DNA of 39,133 nucleotides from Octopus bimaculoides (GCF_001194135.2 NC_068993.1:49064442-49103574), one strand, 5' to 3'; positions 1 to 11,485 are shown, counted from the stretch's first letter. Notes: generated by a model from the sequence alone, not told the origin. Numbers and translations: made by a program.

Positions 1-15
1 AAAATATTGCAGAGG

Positions 16-16
<1 letters not shown>

Positions 17-85
<69 letters not shown>

Positions 86-100
86 GAAGGAAGGAAGGAA

Positions 101-153
<53 letters not shown>

Positions 154-650
154 GGAGAGGGCTGAGGGGAGATGATGGCGAGTGGAGTGTGGGAGAGAGG
201 GAGAGAAGAGAGAGAGAGGGAGAGAGAAGTAGGGAGCGAAAGAAAAGCGTAAGAGGGAGAGAGAAGGAGAGGGGAAAGTGAATGGCAGGTGAATTGTGGG
301 AGAGAGGGGAGAGAGAGAGAGAAATAGAAGGTTTGAAGGGGAGAAGAAGAGAGGGGTGAGAGCAGAGGCAAAGAGTGAGAGAAAGAGAGGATGAGAGAGA
401 GAGAAGAAAGAGAGAGAGTGAAGAAGAAGGGAAGGGAGGGGGGAAAGAAAAGGTGAGAGAAAAGCTGTGAGTAAAGGGAATATAAACGGAGAGATCAGAG
501 AGGGTAAGGTAACACAAAGAGAGGGTGAGATGGACAAAGAGAGAGGTAACAGAGAGAGAGAGACAGAGAGACAGAGAGAGAGAAAGAGACAGAGAGACAG
601 AGACAGAGAGAGAGAAAGAGACAGAGAGAGAGAGAGAGAGAGAGACATTG
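17..650. repeat. Purine-rich simple repeats: (GAAA)n/(GGAA)n, then degenerate (GA)n/(GACAGA)n
   Basis: Read directly from sequence; ORFs 15..281 and 467..769 are translations of these repeats. Confidence 0.95.
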
Positions 651-671
651 GGAATAGAGGCTATTTGTCAT

Positions 672-836
672 TTACACCCACTTCAGTATTTGACGGGTAT
701 TTTATTTTATCCACCCTGAAGAGAGGAAAGAGGAAGTTAACTTCGGCAGAAATTGAACTCAGAACGTAAATATCCAGAAGAAATGCCGCATGGCATTTTT
801 TCCCGACGCTCTAATGGTTCTGCCAACTCGCTTGCT
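672..836 (-). mobile_element. SINE family B copy, diverged
   Basis: Matches the reverse complement of the better-preserved B copies at 13857-14088 and 36845-37012 (e.g. aattgaactcagaacgtaa, ctaatggttctgccaactcgc). Confidence 0.7.
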
Positions 837-1276
837 TTACNNNNNNNNNNNNNNNNNNNNNNNNNNNNNNNNNNNNNNNNNNNNNNNNNNNNNNNNNNNN
901 NNNNNNNNNNNNNNNNNNNNNNNNNNNNNNNNNNNNNNNNNNNNNNNNNNNNNNNNNNNNNNNNNNNNNNNNNNNNNNNNNNNNNNNNNNNNNNNNNNNN
1001 NNNNNNNNNNNNNNNNNNNNNNNNNNNNNNNNNNNNNNNNNNNNNNNNNNNNNNNNNNNNNNNNNNNNNNNNNNNNNNNNNNNNNNNNNNNNNNNNNNNN
1101 NNNNNNNNNNNNNNNNNNNNNNNNNNNNNNNNNNNNNNNNNNNNNNNNNNNNNNNNNNNNNNNNNNNNNNNNNNNNNNNNNNNNNNNNNNNNNNNNNNNN
1201 NNNNNNNNNNNNNNNNNNNNNNNNNNNNNNNNNNNNNNNNNNNNNNNNNNNNNNNNNNNNNNNNNNNNNNNNNNNN

Positions 1277-1311
<35 letters not shown>

Positions 1312-1430
1312 CAAACAACAACAACAACAATAATAAAAATAATAACAATAATAATAATAACAATAGTAATAATAATAATAATAATATTAATAATAATAAT
1401 AATAATAATAACAACAATGATAATAATAAT
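1277..1430. repeat. (AAT)n/(AAC)n microsatellite adjoining a gap
   Basis: Read directly from sequence. Confidence 0.95.
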
Positions 1431-1860
1431 GGTTGCATTATTTAGCACAAAAACCACGAATTTATCGGCGACGAGAAGACGAACGCGTGACGTTCATGCT
1501 TTCTCGATAGTAAATAGGCTGCTGAACCAGCCAGTTAGCATTCGCAGATCCCAGATACTATAGCAGTGTTATGTTCGTGGCCAAATCATTTTCCTCTCGA
1601 CATCCAAATAACCCATGTCCTGTATAGGTACCGCAGGGCACTATAGTTCCACACCACAGAGACAATTGCAGTTTGTGTTATTAAGATTGCTGAGAGGAAA
1701 ATGATTTGGCCACGAACATAATACTGTTATGGTATATGGAATCTGCGACCGCTAATTAGCTGTTCAGCACCCTACCCTATTAACTATCGAGGAAGCATGA
1801 GCGTCACGCGATCTTCTCCTCGCCGATAAATTTGTGGGTTTTATGCTGAATAATGCCACC
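1431..1860. mobile_element. Fold-back / MITE-like element with ~168-bp inverted arms
   Basis: 1431-1598 is the reverse complement of 1692-1860. Manual alignment gives about 20 substitutions and 3 indels, with the innermost 30 bp perfect. Spacer is 93 bp; no coding capacity. Confidence 0.85.
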
Positions 1861-3862
1861 ATGAGCCTGGAGTGTAGCATTTAATTATTCTTCTGAGGAG
1901 AAAATCAACATGCGATAGACTACTGTCATATCCTTGGTGAAATCATTCTCATTTTTGGTTTAACGTTAAAGTAACAAGAGGTTTTATTGGATTTATACCT
2001 TATTAATGTATTAATTTCTTAAGAGTGTTTGTGCCACAGGAGAAAGAACTAAAATTAACGACTGAGCGGGGAATCGATCCAACAGTAATTTATTCGTCAT
2101 CTGGATGTTGTTGTTGATGTCATTATTGCTGTTGCTTTTTAATCCTGGATGAATTGTAATCGAGGTGAATGGGTAAGGTTCTCTCGTTGGGAGTATTAAA
2201 AATCATCAGTGCGCAACGCCAATGAAACACTCGTTAATTATGTACTGCTCCCACTGCTAGCTTTCTGCGCATGCAAGACATGATAACTATTTCTAGCGAT
2301 GGAATTATAACACCACCATTGATATCTCGATAATTAATCATGTGGATTTACAGCGTGGGTGTGGTGAGATCCGAACCATTGACCCTTTTGGTCGGCTGTC
2401 AGACATTGTGTCGATGCTTCCAACTGGAGCTGCAGCTACAGAAGACATCGAAATATAAAAGCAAGATTAAACTATAACAAAATCCGTGATTGAATTCTAA
2501 CTTCTCAGTCAGGGGTTGTTGTAATATGGTGATGCGAGTTTTGTTAGTGTGGAGAATTTCCGTTAAGTTATTGACAAGGTTAGCGCCTGAAGAATACATG
2601 TTGCGAAAGATAGATAAATATTTGTTATTTTCGTCGCTAACTTGAGGTGTAGAACCAACGCTATTACAATCGTATTAAGTTCGGCAATTTTCCAAAGTTC
2701 TCTCTTTCCCACTCATCCTCTCTCACATTCGCCCTCTCTCACTCCCTCTCACTTTCTCTCTCTCTCCCTTTCTCTTCTTGAGTGCCATCACAGCAAGTAG
2801 ATAGAACCAAGCAACGAAATGACTGACAACTTAGACGTTTCTCTACTAACACACATATGTTTACTTTCCTCGCTACCTACTCTGCTTTGCGTCTGATCTT
2901 TTAGCCCCGGTTCAAATTTTTCATTAATCAAAAAGCCACTGTTATTGAGTTTTCTCTTCAAATGATATTTCCACTTGAAAATGAATCGTATTTTGACGTT
3001 TTCAAATTGGATATGTCGTCTGTAATGAAGAATCCTTTTGGCTTTTATTTTTACATAATAAATATACTTTACTTTTATTTTATATCAATATTTTATTTTA
3101 TGTTTATTCTTACGCTCTTACATTCATTTACTTATTTCTTTCCTACTCTTTACTTCTTTTCCCACAAATTTTAGTTGTTCGCCCTCTAGCAAATTACTCC
3201 ATAATATGCTGCCCTCGTTGTACGCATGCGCGAAGCTTCAGGCCTCGACACCTCCAACACCAATGCCTGTCTACTCAGGCTGATACCAGCCGCTTACACA
3301 GCTAAAACTAACTCCGTGAAAACAGCATTACTGACATGATTTTTTTTTCTCTCTCTCTCTTTTTCCTCACCCTAATGGACAGTCAAGCAGCGAAATGCGA
3401 TTTCCACTTCAGAAATATATAGATTGAAAGATTTATATTGAATTGTTCCAAAGTAAACATAAATTCTTTCTTTTCAACCAATTTTTATTCGTCTGCCCTT
3501 CGTATTTCATCAATGTTTTCTTCCGTCATTGGTTGTTATATTCTTCTCTTTTCCGTTTCTTTTATCAATCTTTTATTATATTAATTTTATTTCTGTTCAC
3601 CCATATACATACATTATATATATATATATATATATATGCACATATATTTGTGTGTGTGTATCTGTGCATATATATATATATATATATATNNNNNNNNNNN
3701 NNNNNNNNNNNNNNNNNNNNNNNNNNNNNNNNNNNNNNNNNNNNNNNNNNNNNNNNNNNNNNNNNNNNNNNNNNNNNNNNNNNNNNNNNNNNNNNNNNNN
3801 NNNNNNNNNNNNNNNNNNNNNNNNNNNNNNNNNNNNNNNNNNNNNNNNNNNNNNNNNNNNNN

Positions 3863-3918
<56 letters not shown>

Positions 3919-3942
3919 TGCGTTCGTGTGCGCGTGTGTGTG

Positions 3943-3997
3943 TTTTGCCGAACCACTAAGTTGTAGGGTATAAACAAACTAGCACCGGTTTTCAAGC
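3943..3997 (-). mobile_element. SINE family A, 3'-domain fragment
   Basis: ttttgccgaaccactaag...ggttttcaagc matches the reverse complement of 21220-21272 of the near-full-length A copy. Confidence 0.7.
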
Positions 3998-4040
3998 AGT
4001 TGAGACCAACATAAAAACAACAAAGATGCACACACACATT

Positions 4041-4570
<530 letters not shown>

Positions 4571-4589
4571 TGAAAATTTATAAATGATG

Positions 4590-4700
4590 AGCTTTCGCAT
4601 GCTTTCCACCTACCGAATTTGCTCAAAGCTGGTGCCCTAGGATATTGAACCCGAATCCATGTGGCTGCTTAGCGAACTTCTTAACCACACAGCTATACCT
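4590..4700 (-). mobile_element. SINE family A, 5' fragment
   Basis: tgaacccgaatccatgtggctgcttagcgaacttcttaaccacacagc is the reverse complement of the family A tRNA-like head. Confidence 0.75.
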
Positions 4701-4757
4701 GTATGTGTATTTGTGCACGTGCATCATTGCACATACATACATACATACATACATACA

Positions 4758-4791
<34 letters not shown>

Positions 4792-4793
4792 CA

Positions 4794-6037
4794 TCAAGTC
4801 ATTAAGAATGAAATGTCTGATTTTCTTATGCACCAAGTCTGACAGTCATTAACTCTAATGTTTTATCCTGACAATTATAATACTGAAGTGTTACATCATC
4901 ACTTTTTGAAATGCAGTTCATGGTGTCTGATTATATTGTGAGTTTTCTCTTGTAAATCAATTTTTGTGAACCCATAGATAGATCAGAAATTCGTGTTGTT
5001 TATTAATATGGGTTCCGTCGTGGAAACAATGCGTCTCAGACAGCTCGAACCATCAATGACGTGTTTGGTGAATATATGGCGAATGAGTGCACTGTACGTC
5101 TGGTGACTTCTCTCTTGAAAATCAGCCTTGTTGTAGACCCGTGACCAAGGTGGATAATGATGAGCTGGAAATTGTAGTTGAAGCAGGAACGTCTCCAACT
5201 ACGCGTGAGTTAGCAACAAGGCTTGATGTTTCGATTCCAACTGTACTGGACAAACTGAAACAAATCGTCAACCTGGACAGGTGAGTACCACACAAACTGA
5301 ACGAGCATCAAATGACACGTCGTCTTGAAACTTGCTGCTCTTTGCTGTTACGGCATAACAGCGAACCATCTTTGCACCGTATTGTTACGTGTGATGAAAA
5401 ATGGATTCTTTTCAACAATAGCATGCGTTCTGCACTGTGGTTGGATAGAAACGACGTGCCAAAACACAATCCAAAGAAAAAAAGAATATTCACCAAAAAA
5501 AGCTAATGGTATTTGTTTGGTGGTCCAGCGTTGGTGTCATCCACTACAGCTTCATGAGACCTGATAAGTCAATTACAGTGGATGTATACACCAACCAATT
5601 GGATGAAATGATGAATGAACTTGCAATTAAACAGCCAAGATTGGTCAATAAGGGAGGGGCCAATTCTCTTGCAAGACAATGCTCGACCATATGTTGCACA
5701 AAGAATGCGACTCAAGTTACAGGAACTGAACTTGGAAATACATCATATGCACAAGACTTTGCACCAACTGACTACCACGTTTTCCAGGCATTAGACGGCT
5801 TTTTGCCAGGGAAAAAATTTCAAATCAAAAGAAGATGAAAAAACAGCCTTTCGTGATTTCATCAGTTCTTTGCTCTCCAGAATTCTTTGCTGCCGGCATA
5901 AATAACCTACCGATAAAATGGCGAAATTGTGTTGATGATTTAGGTGCATACTTTCATTAACTGCATTGCGTTTGTTGAGATAAAAAGCAAAATAAACTTT
6001 CAGTTCAAAATCGGATATTTCATTCTTAATGACCTGA
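4794..6037 (+). mobile_element. Full-length defective mariner (DD34D-type) DNA transposon
   Basis: 31-bp TIRs at 4794-4824 (tcaagtcattaagaatgaaatgtctgatttt) and 6007-6037, with 3 mismatches. TA follows the right end; the left flank is CA within a (TACA)n tract. Length 1244 bp; contains the transposase pseudogene. Confidence 0.95.
4974..5960 (+). pseudogene. Mariner transposase pseudogene (Mos1/Hsmar-like)
   Basis: Reconstructed across frameshifts and stops. N-terminal HTH (RRGNNASQTARTINDVFG); *VPHKL = WVPHEL motif; IVTCDEKW, LQDNARP and FAPTDYHVF carry the three catalytic Asp; C-terminus KWRNCVDDLGAYFH*. Start codon mutated to ATA at 4974. Confidence 0.95.
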
Positions 6038-7013
6038 TATATATATATATATATATATNNNNNNNNNNNNNNNNNNNNNNNNNNNNNNNNNNNNNNNNNN
6101 NNNNNNNNNNNNNNNNNNNNNNNNNNNNNNNNNNNNNNNNNNNNNNNNNNNNNNNNNNNNNNNNNNNNNNNNNNNNNNNNNNNNNNNNNNNNNNNNNNNN
6201 NNNNNNNNNNNNNNNNNNNNNNNNNNNNNNNNNNNNNNNNNNNNNNNNNNNNNNNNNNNNNNNNNNNNNNNNNNNNNNNNNNNNNNNNNNNNNNNNNNNN
6301 NNNNNNNNNNNNNNNNNNNNNNNNNNNNNNNNNNNNNNNNNNNNNNNNNNNNNNNNNNNNNNNNNNNNNNNNNNNNNNNNNNNNNNNNNNNNNNNNNNNN
6401 NNNNNNNNNNNNNNNNNNNNNNNNNNNNNNNNNNNNNNNNNNNNNNNNNNNNNNNNNNNNNNNNNNNNNNNNNNNNNNNNNNNNNNNNNNNNNNNNNNNN
6501 NNNNNNNNNNNNNNNNNNNNNNNNNNNNNNNNNNNNNNNNNNNNNTATATATATATATATATTCATACAAGTATATATGTATATATGTATGTATGTGCGT
6601 GTATATACATGTGTGTGTGCGTGCGTGTGTGTGTGTATGTGTGTGCGCGCGTCCGCGTAATATCTCTGCCATCCCTTTTTTCGCTCTTTCCTTTTTACAT
6701 TATATGTATTTTTTTATTTCTTCTGTCTTTGCTTCCATCTTTCTTGACAGCATTTCAACGTCTACAATGGTGAACAATCCAAAACGTGTTTAAGAGGCGG
6801 CTCAGCATGCCAAAAGCAACAATCAACGTGTTGCCCACATTTATACACCATTGTCAAGATGATGGAGATCAACTGGGTTACATCGTCTCTCAAACTCGCC
6901 CTTCTTTCTCTTCTACATCTCTGTGTTTGAAAACATACGTACATATATACATGCTTGCGCGCATACATTCATGCATGCATACATTCATACATGCGCACAC
7001 ACATACATACATA

Positions 7014-7855
7014 GAGAGAAACTGTGTACTGTTTTGGAAATCAGCTGCCAGCGGATGTTAACATAAAGCCGAAGGTCAGTGAAAAAAAGAATACCTACGC
7101 TGAGCTATTCAGAAATCTGCAGTTACTCTATCCAGATTGCAAGTTCAGGTTTATACCAGTAATTATTTGGGTACTGGGATATGTTATTTATTTATTTTTA
7201 TTTATGCGCCCTTTCAAAGCCTATCCAGGCTCATGGGCCCGGTTTCCTGGTTTCTATGGTGTATATGTCCCCCCCCCCCAGGTGGACGGGACGCCAGTCC
7301 ATCGCAGCATTACTCAAGGAACAAGAAAAAAGAGTGAGAGAAAGTTGGGGCGAAAGAGTACAACAGAGGTCGCCACCATCTCCTGCCGGTTCCTTGTGGA
7401 GCTTTTAGGTGTTTTCGCTCAATAAACACGCACAACGCCCGGTCTGGGAATCGAGACTGCGATCCTCCAACCGCGAGTCCGCTGCTCTAACCACTGGACC
7501 ACTGCGCCTCCACTGGGATATGTTATACACTGTCTAAATACTAATCTTGAGAAATTTGGCTTCTCGAAACCAGAAAGTTGAAAGCTGATTCGAAGATCGA
7601 ATCCATCTCAGGAACTGTAAAAATCTGTAAAACTTCCCAGAAGTTTAACGTTTAAGTATATATGAGCATGTCTAGATATGCAACTATATGCATGAGGAGA
7701 CATAAATGAAATAAAACAACCAAATATGCACATATACACACATACAAAAATACTCTCTTGCTGATGTTAAAATTCCTACGAAGGAGCCTTGGATCTGGGT
7801 TAGAAACCGTCTCTTTCCCTATTGGCAAGAAATCTCGAAATAAAACTGAATAAAG
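7014..7855 (+). mobile_element. 5'-truncated non-LTR retrotransposon of restriction-like-endonuclease (R4/Dong/Hero-like) type, interrupted by a SINE
   Basis: EKLCTVLEISC/ADVNIKPKVSEKKNTYAELFRNLQLLYPDCKFRFIPVIIWVLGYV, resuming after the SINE as IHCLNTNLEKFGFSKPES*KLIRR/SISGTVKICK. Resembles the RLE C-terminal domain (E.S.P.D.N...EK..Y, P.IIGALG). Followed by a ~200-bp 3' UTR ending in CATA repeats. Clade assignment is from motif recognition only. Confidence 0.8.
7188..7513 (-). mobile_element. SINE family C (tRNA-derived, Arg-like head), full length
   Basis: Minus-strand head gtggaggcgcagtggtccagtggttagagc... with A box and B box (gtctcgattcc), and an (AAAT)-type tail. 13-bp TSD tgggatatgttat at 7175-7187 and 7514-7526. 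Second copy at 31049-31370. Confidence 0.92.
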
Positions 7856-8054
7856 ACATACATACAGGCAAATAGAGAAAGAGAGAGGGAGGGAGACAGA
7901 GACAAAGGCAGGGAGGAAGAGAGACAGAGACAGATAGAGAAAGACAGGGACAAACAAAATTAACCAAGAACAAACAGAAGGCAAGAAATTTTGCGATGTG
8001 CAGATGCGTGTATGCATATGTATTATATATATTATACATATGTACATGTATGCA

Positions 8055-8102
<48 letters not shown>

Positions 8103-8257
8103 AGGCCAAAGGTATAATAAATGCACAAACTCCTCATCAATTATCGGCCAGTGAGTCTAACGCAATTTCGTGCCTTTAACGGTATACATACATAATACAT
8201 ACACACACACACACATAAACACACACACACACACGCACGCACACACACACATATATA

Positions 8258-8305
<48 letters not shown>

Positions 8306-8346
8306 GAAAAAAGAAAGAAAGAAAGAAAACGAAAGAAAGAAAGAAA

Positions 8347-8394
<48 letters not shown>

Positions 8395-8400
8395 AATAAA
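8258..8400. repeat. (GAAA)n microsatellite
   Basis: Read directly from sequence. Confidence 0.95.
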
Positions 8401-8673
8401 AGAAGGAAGGGATCGAACAAAAGCGAGAGTAAGACATTGAGAGAACTAGACAGGAAGTACGGTCATCATGCCGCCATTAAAGTAAGTTTTACAACAAAGT
8501 CAAATTGAAAAACGAAGAAAAAAAATGTCTGCAAAATATTGTTTCCTGTCATGTCTGCTCCTATTGTTTCTTCTTTGCAGTTTTACTTCAATTTTAATGT
8601 CTCACACAATCGATCCTGTCTCCTTATCTCCTCTCTCTCTATCTCTCTCTCTCTCGCTCTGTCTCTTATTCGA

Positions 8674-8758
<85 letters not shown>

Positions 8759-9201
8759 NNNNNNNNNNNNNNNNNNNNNNNNNNNNNNNNNNNNNNNNNN
8801 NNNNNNNNNNNNNNNNNNNNNNNNNNNNNNNNNNNNNNNNNNNNNNNNNNNNNNNNNNNNNNNNNNNNNNNNNNNNNNNNNNNNNNNNNNNNNNNNNNNN
8901 NNNNNNNNNNNNNNNNNNNNNNNNNNNNNNNNNNNNNNNNNNNNNNNNNNNNNNNNNNNNNNNNNNNNNNNNNNNNNNNNNNNNNNNNNNNNNNNNNNNN
9001 NNNNNNNNNNNNNNNNNNNNNNNNNNNNNNNNNNNNNNNNNNNNNNNNNNNNNNNNNNNNNNNNNNNNNNNNNNNNNNNNNNNNNNNNNNNNNNNNNNNN
9101 NNNNNNNNNNNNNNNNNNNNNNNNNNNNNNNNNNNNNNNNNNNNNNNNNNNNNNNNNNNNNNNNNNNNNNNNNNNNNNNNNNNNNNNNNNNNNNNNNNNN
9201 N

Positions 9202-9266
<65 letters not shown>

Positions 9267-9601
9267 CATACATACACAGACACACACACATGTGTATCAT
9301 GTATTAATGTATATATGTACATATTTATAAGTATATATGTATACTGCCACACACATGTATGTATATAACATGTGTACGTGCGTGTGTGCACACGTGTGTG
9401 TGTGTGTGTGTGTATGTATGTACGTACGTACGTATGTATGTATGTATGTATGTATGTACGTACGTATGTATGTATGTATGTATTTATGTGTGTATGTATG
9501 TATGTATGTATGTATGTATGTATGTATGTGCGTGTCTGTATTTGTCAATTTGTTCGGCCAGCTGTGCCTATCCACCCTAGACATTTGTCCAAAAACTAAT
9601 T

Positions 9602-9945
9602 ATTCCTGAAGCCAGTGGGTGTTGCCAAAGATGTGCTGACTTTTAGAAACGTCAATTCTGGTGCCAAGTATCGAGATAAAAACTTCTGTTTTAATTCTTC
9701 GAGAAGTATCACATGAAGAGAAAGAGTTCAGGAATGGAAAAACCAAAGATATTTTAGATGTCTAAGTCAAAACTTTTTGAAAAAGGTGGATGATGATGGT
9801 ATGGCGGATGTGTAAAAGAATTATCTGAAGCTCCTTTCGTTGGCGGAGATGGAAGGAGGATGATAGTAGAAATCCATTTTTGCAAAGTGAAGAACAATCT
9901 GAGAATATACTGCGATGGTTGAACCTCTTTGATGTTGCTTATTTG
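9602..9945 (+). pseudogene. Probable degenerate Merlin (IS1595/ISXO2-like) transposase fragment
   Basis: A single frame with several stops gives CCQRC..FWC..FFEKYHM..WYGGCVKE..VGGDGRRMIVEI..KVKNN. This parallels Merlin C..C / WRC / FFE.S.L / WY..C.E / IGGPG..VEIDES..KRKYN. Recognised by eye only. Confidence 0.45.
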
Positions 9946-10140
9946 TATATAGGCCATTCTCAAGTGACTTACGTGGCAGCCAAAGACACATATATATATA
10001 AAATATCTGTGCTATAAATCTTGAGCATTTACAAGAAATGTATTGATTAATGTTTCACAATAAAGTTTGACTGTCCATGCAAGTATTAAACAAATTCTTT
10101 CTTTTTGTTTTTACCTGGAATGTATGTTGAATTTTTTGAA

Positions 10141-10226
10141 GACAATCCGCAGCACATACCCAAGGCGCACAGAGCTGCGGTCGGTAGTGAAGTGAAAGCA
10201 CGTTATAAAAATAAAACTACTGAACC

Positions 10227-10258
<32 letters not shown>

Positions 10259-10260
10259 GA
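10141..10260 (+). mobile_element. Probable 3' terminus of a non-LTR retrotransposon ending in (TAA)n
   Basis: About 90 bp of unique sequence ending aaaataaaactactgaa runs directly into (TAA)n/(TGA)n; lies next to an R4-like coding fragment at 10352-10387. Family assignment is inference. Confidence 0.4.
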
Positions 10261-10269
10261 TGATGATGA

Positions 10270-10320
10270 GGCGGTGCTCCAGCATGGCCGCAGCCAAAAG
10301 ACTGAAACATAAAAAGGAAT
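10270..10320 (+). mobile_element. Isolated LINE/SINE 3' tail (ggcggtgctccagcatggccgcag...ctgaaac)
   Basis: Nearly identical to the family A 3' end at 21340-21388, but here without a SINE body. Confidence 0.75.
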
Positions 10321-10351
10321 AGAAGAATTAAAAAAAAAGAAAAGAAAAGCA

Positions 10352-10387
10352 TGGAAGGAAAAAATGTACGGTCAGTTTGCGAGAGAT
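10352..10387 (+). pseudogene. Tiny R4/Dong-like LINE ORF fragment (WKEKMYGQFARD)
   Basis: Resembles the W..K.(M/L)HGQF.R motif between the RT and the zinc knuckle of R4-clade elements; only 12 codons. Confidence 0.4.
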
Positions 10388-10397
10388 TATTATTATT

Positions 10398-10429
<32 letters not shown>

Positions 10430-10551
10430 TATTAATATTATTATTAGGACAATTGACATAATTAAGTGAATGACCCCCAAGTCTTAAATAATGTCCCTTA
10501 TGCTTTTGGTTGTAATCCCTTCGGGATTGCATTTGTATTTTCTATTTCAGA

Positions 10552-10700
10552 GGTCGGTAGAGCACCGGACAACATACCTCGATGCATTTAATTACGTTTC
10601 TTTACACTCTGAGTCCCAAAGTCCCACCGTGGTTCCGTTCTTGCCTTTGATCCTTTCAAGGTTCAAGTAAAATACAAGGGATATACTGAGGTAGGGGTGT
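10552..10700 (+). mobile_element. SINE family B, old diverged copy
   Basis: ctctgagtcccaaagtcccaccgtgg...ttgcctttgatcctttc is collinear with the family B consensus seen at 13921-13980. Confidence 0.6.
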
Positions 10701-10976
10701 CAACTTTGCTTTCATCCAATCGTTTTGTTCTGTTCCCAAACCCTGCACAGAGAAACCAACCAACTAACCGACCAACCAGCCAACAAACCAACAAACACCA
10801 ACAAAACAAACAACCACCCCACCAAAACATAAACATTTCTGGCCAAGCACCAATGTTAGAAATAGCAGTTAATATTTGTATTCCGTCAGCGATACCTTGT
10901 CGTTCCTTCGTCATCGTGGTCACCATAATATTGTTTACGTCAATTCTTATGACCAAAATTATATTCATCTCTCCTA

Positions 10977-11019
<43 letters not shown>

Positions 11020-11215
11020 ATCTCTCTTCCTCTCCCACTTTTCTCCTCCTCACTTTCCCCTCTAGCGATTAGTCTGCAGAAATGTAAAATAAACACTAAA
11101 TATATCTAAAAATAAATAAATAGGTAAAAAAAAAAGTAATAAGCTGTTCGCTCTCATTTTTTACATATTTTTTTTTTATATTTTTCTCTTCTTATATTTT
11201 ATGCTGTAGTTTATC

Positions 11216-11269
<54 letters not shown>

Positions 11270-11409
11270 NNNNNNNNNNNNNNNNNNNNNNNNNNNNNNN
11301 NNNNNNNNCAACAAACACAGAGCAAAGTGCTGCAATGTTTCGAGGGCAATAAAAAATGGTAAATTAGTAAACGGGGTTCATTGCTCTCCCTTACTCCCCA
11401 CTTCTCTCT

Positions 11410-11485
11410 TTCTTCTTCTTCTTCTTCTTCTTCTTCTTCTTCTTCTTCTTCTTCTTCTTCTTCTTCTTCTTCTTCTTCTTCTTCT
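11410..11485. repeat. (TTC)n microsatellite
   Basis: Read directly from sequence. Confidence 0.95.

Noticed and set aside
2399-2599. 66-aa minus-strand ORF with N-glycosylation-like sequons (possible receptor N-terminus)
   Set aside because: Short, no recognisable domain, and it runs through what looks like a polypyrimidine tract and acceptor.
3220-3233. NRF1-like gcgcatgcgc motif (also ~2265)
   Set aside because: Imperfect single sites without other promoter evidence.
7436-7513. tRNA gene (also 31293-31370 and the heads of families A and B)
   Set aside because: A and B boxes are present, but the cloverleaf is incomplete and each continues into a SINE body; several copies have TSDs.
8482-8580. 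99-bp GTAAGT...TTTGCAG intron-like segment
   Set aside because: The flanking 'exons' run into (GAAA)n and (CT)n repeats, with no upstream acceptor and no convincing peptide.
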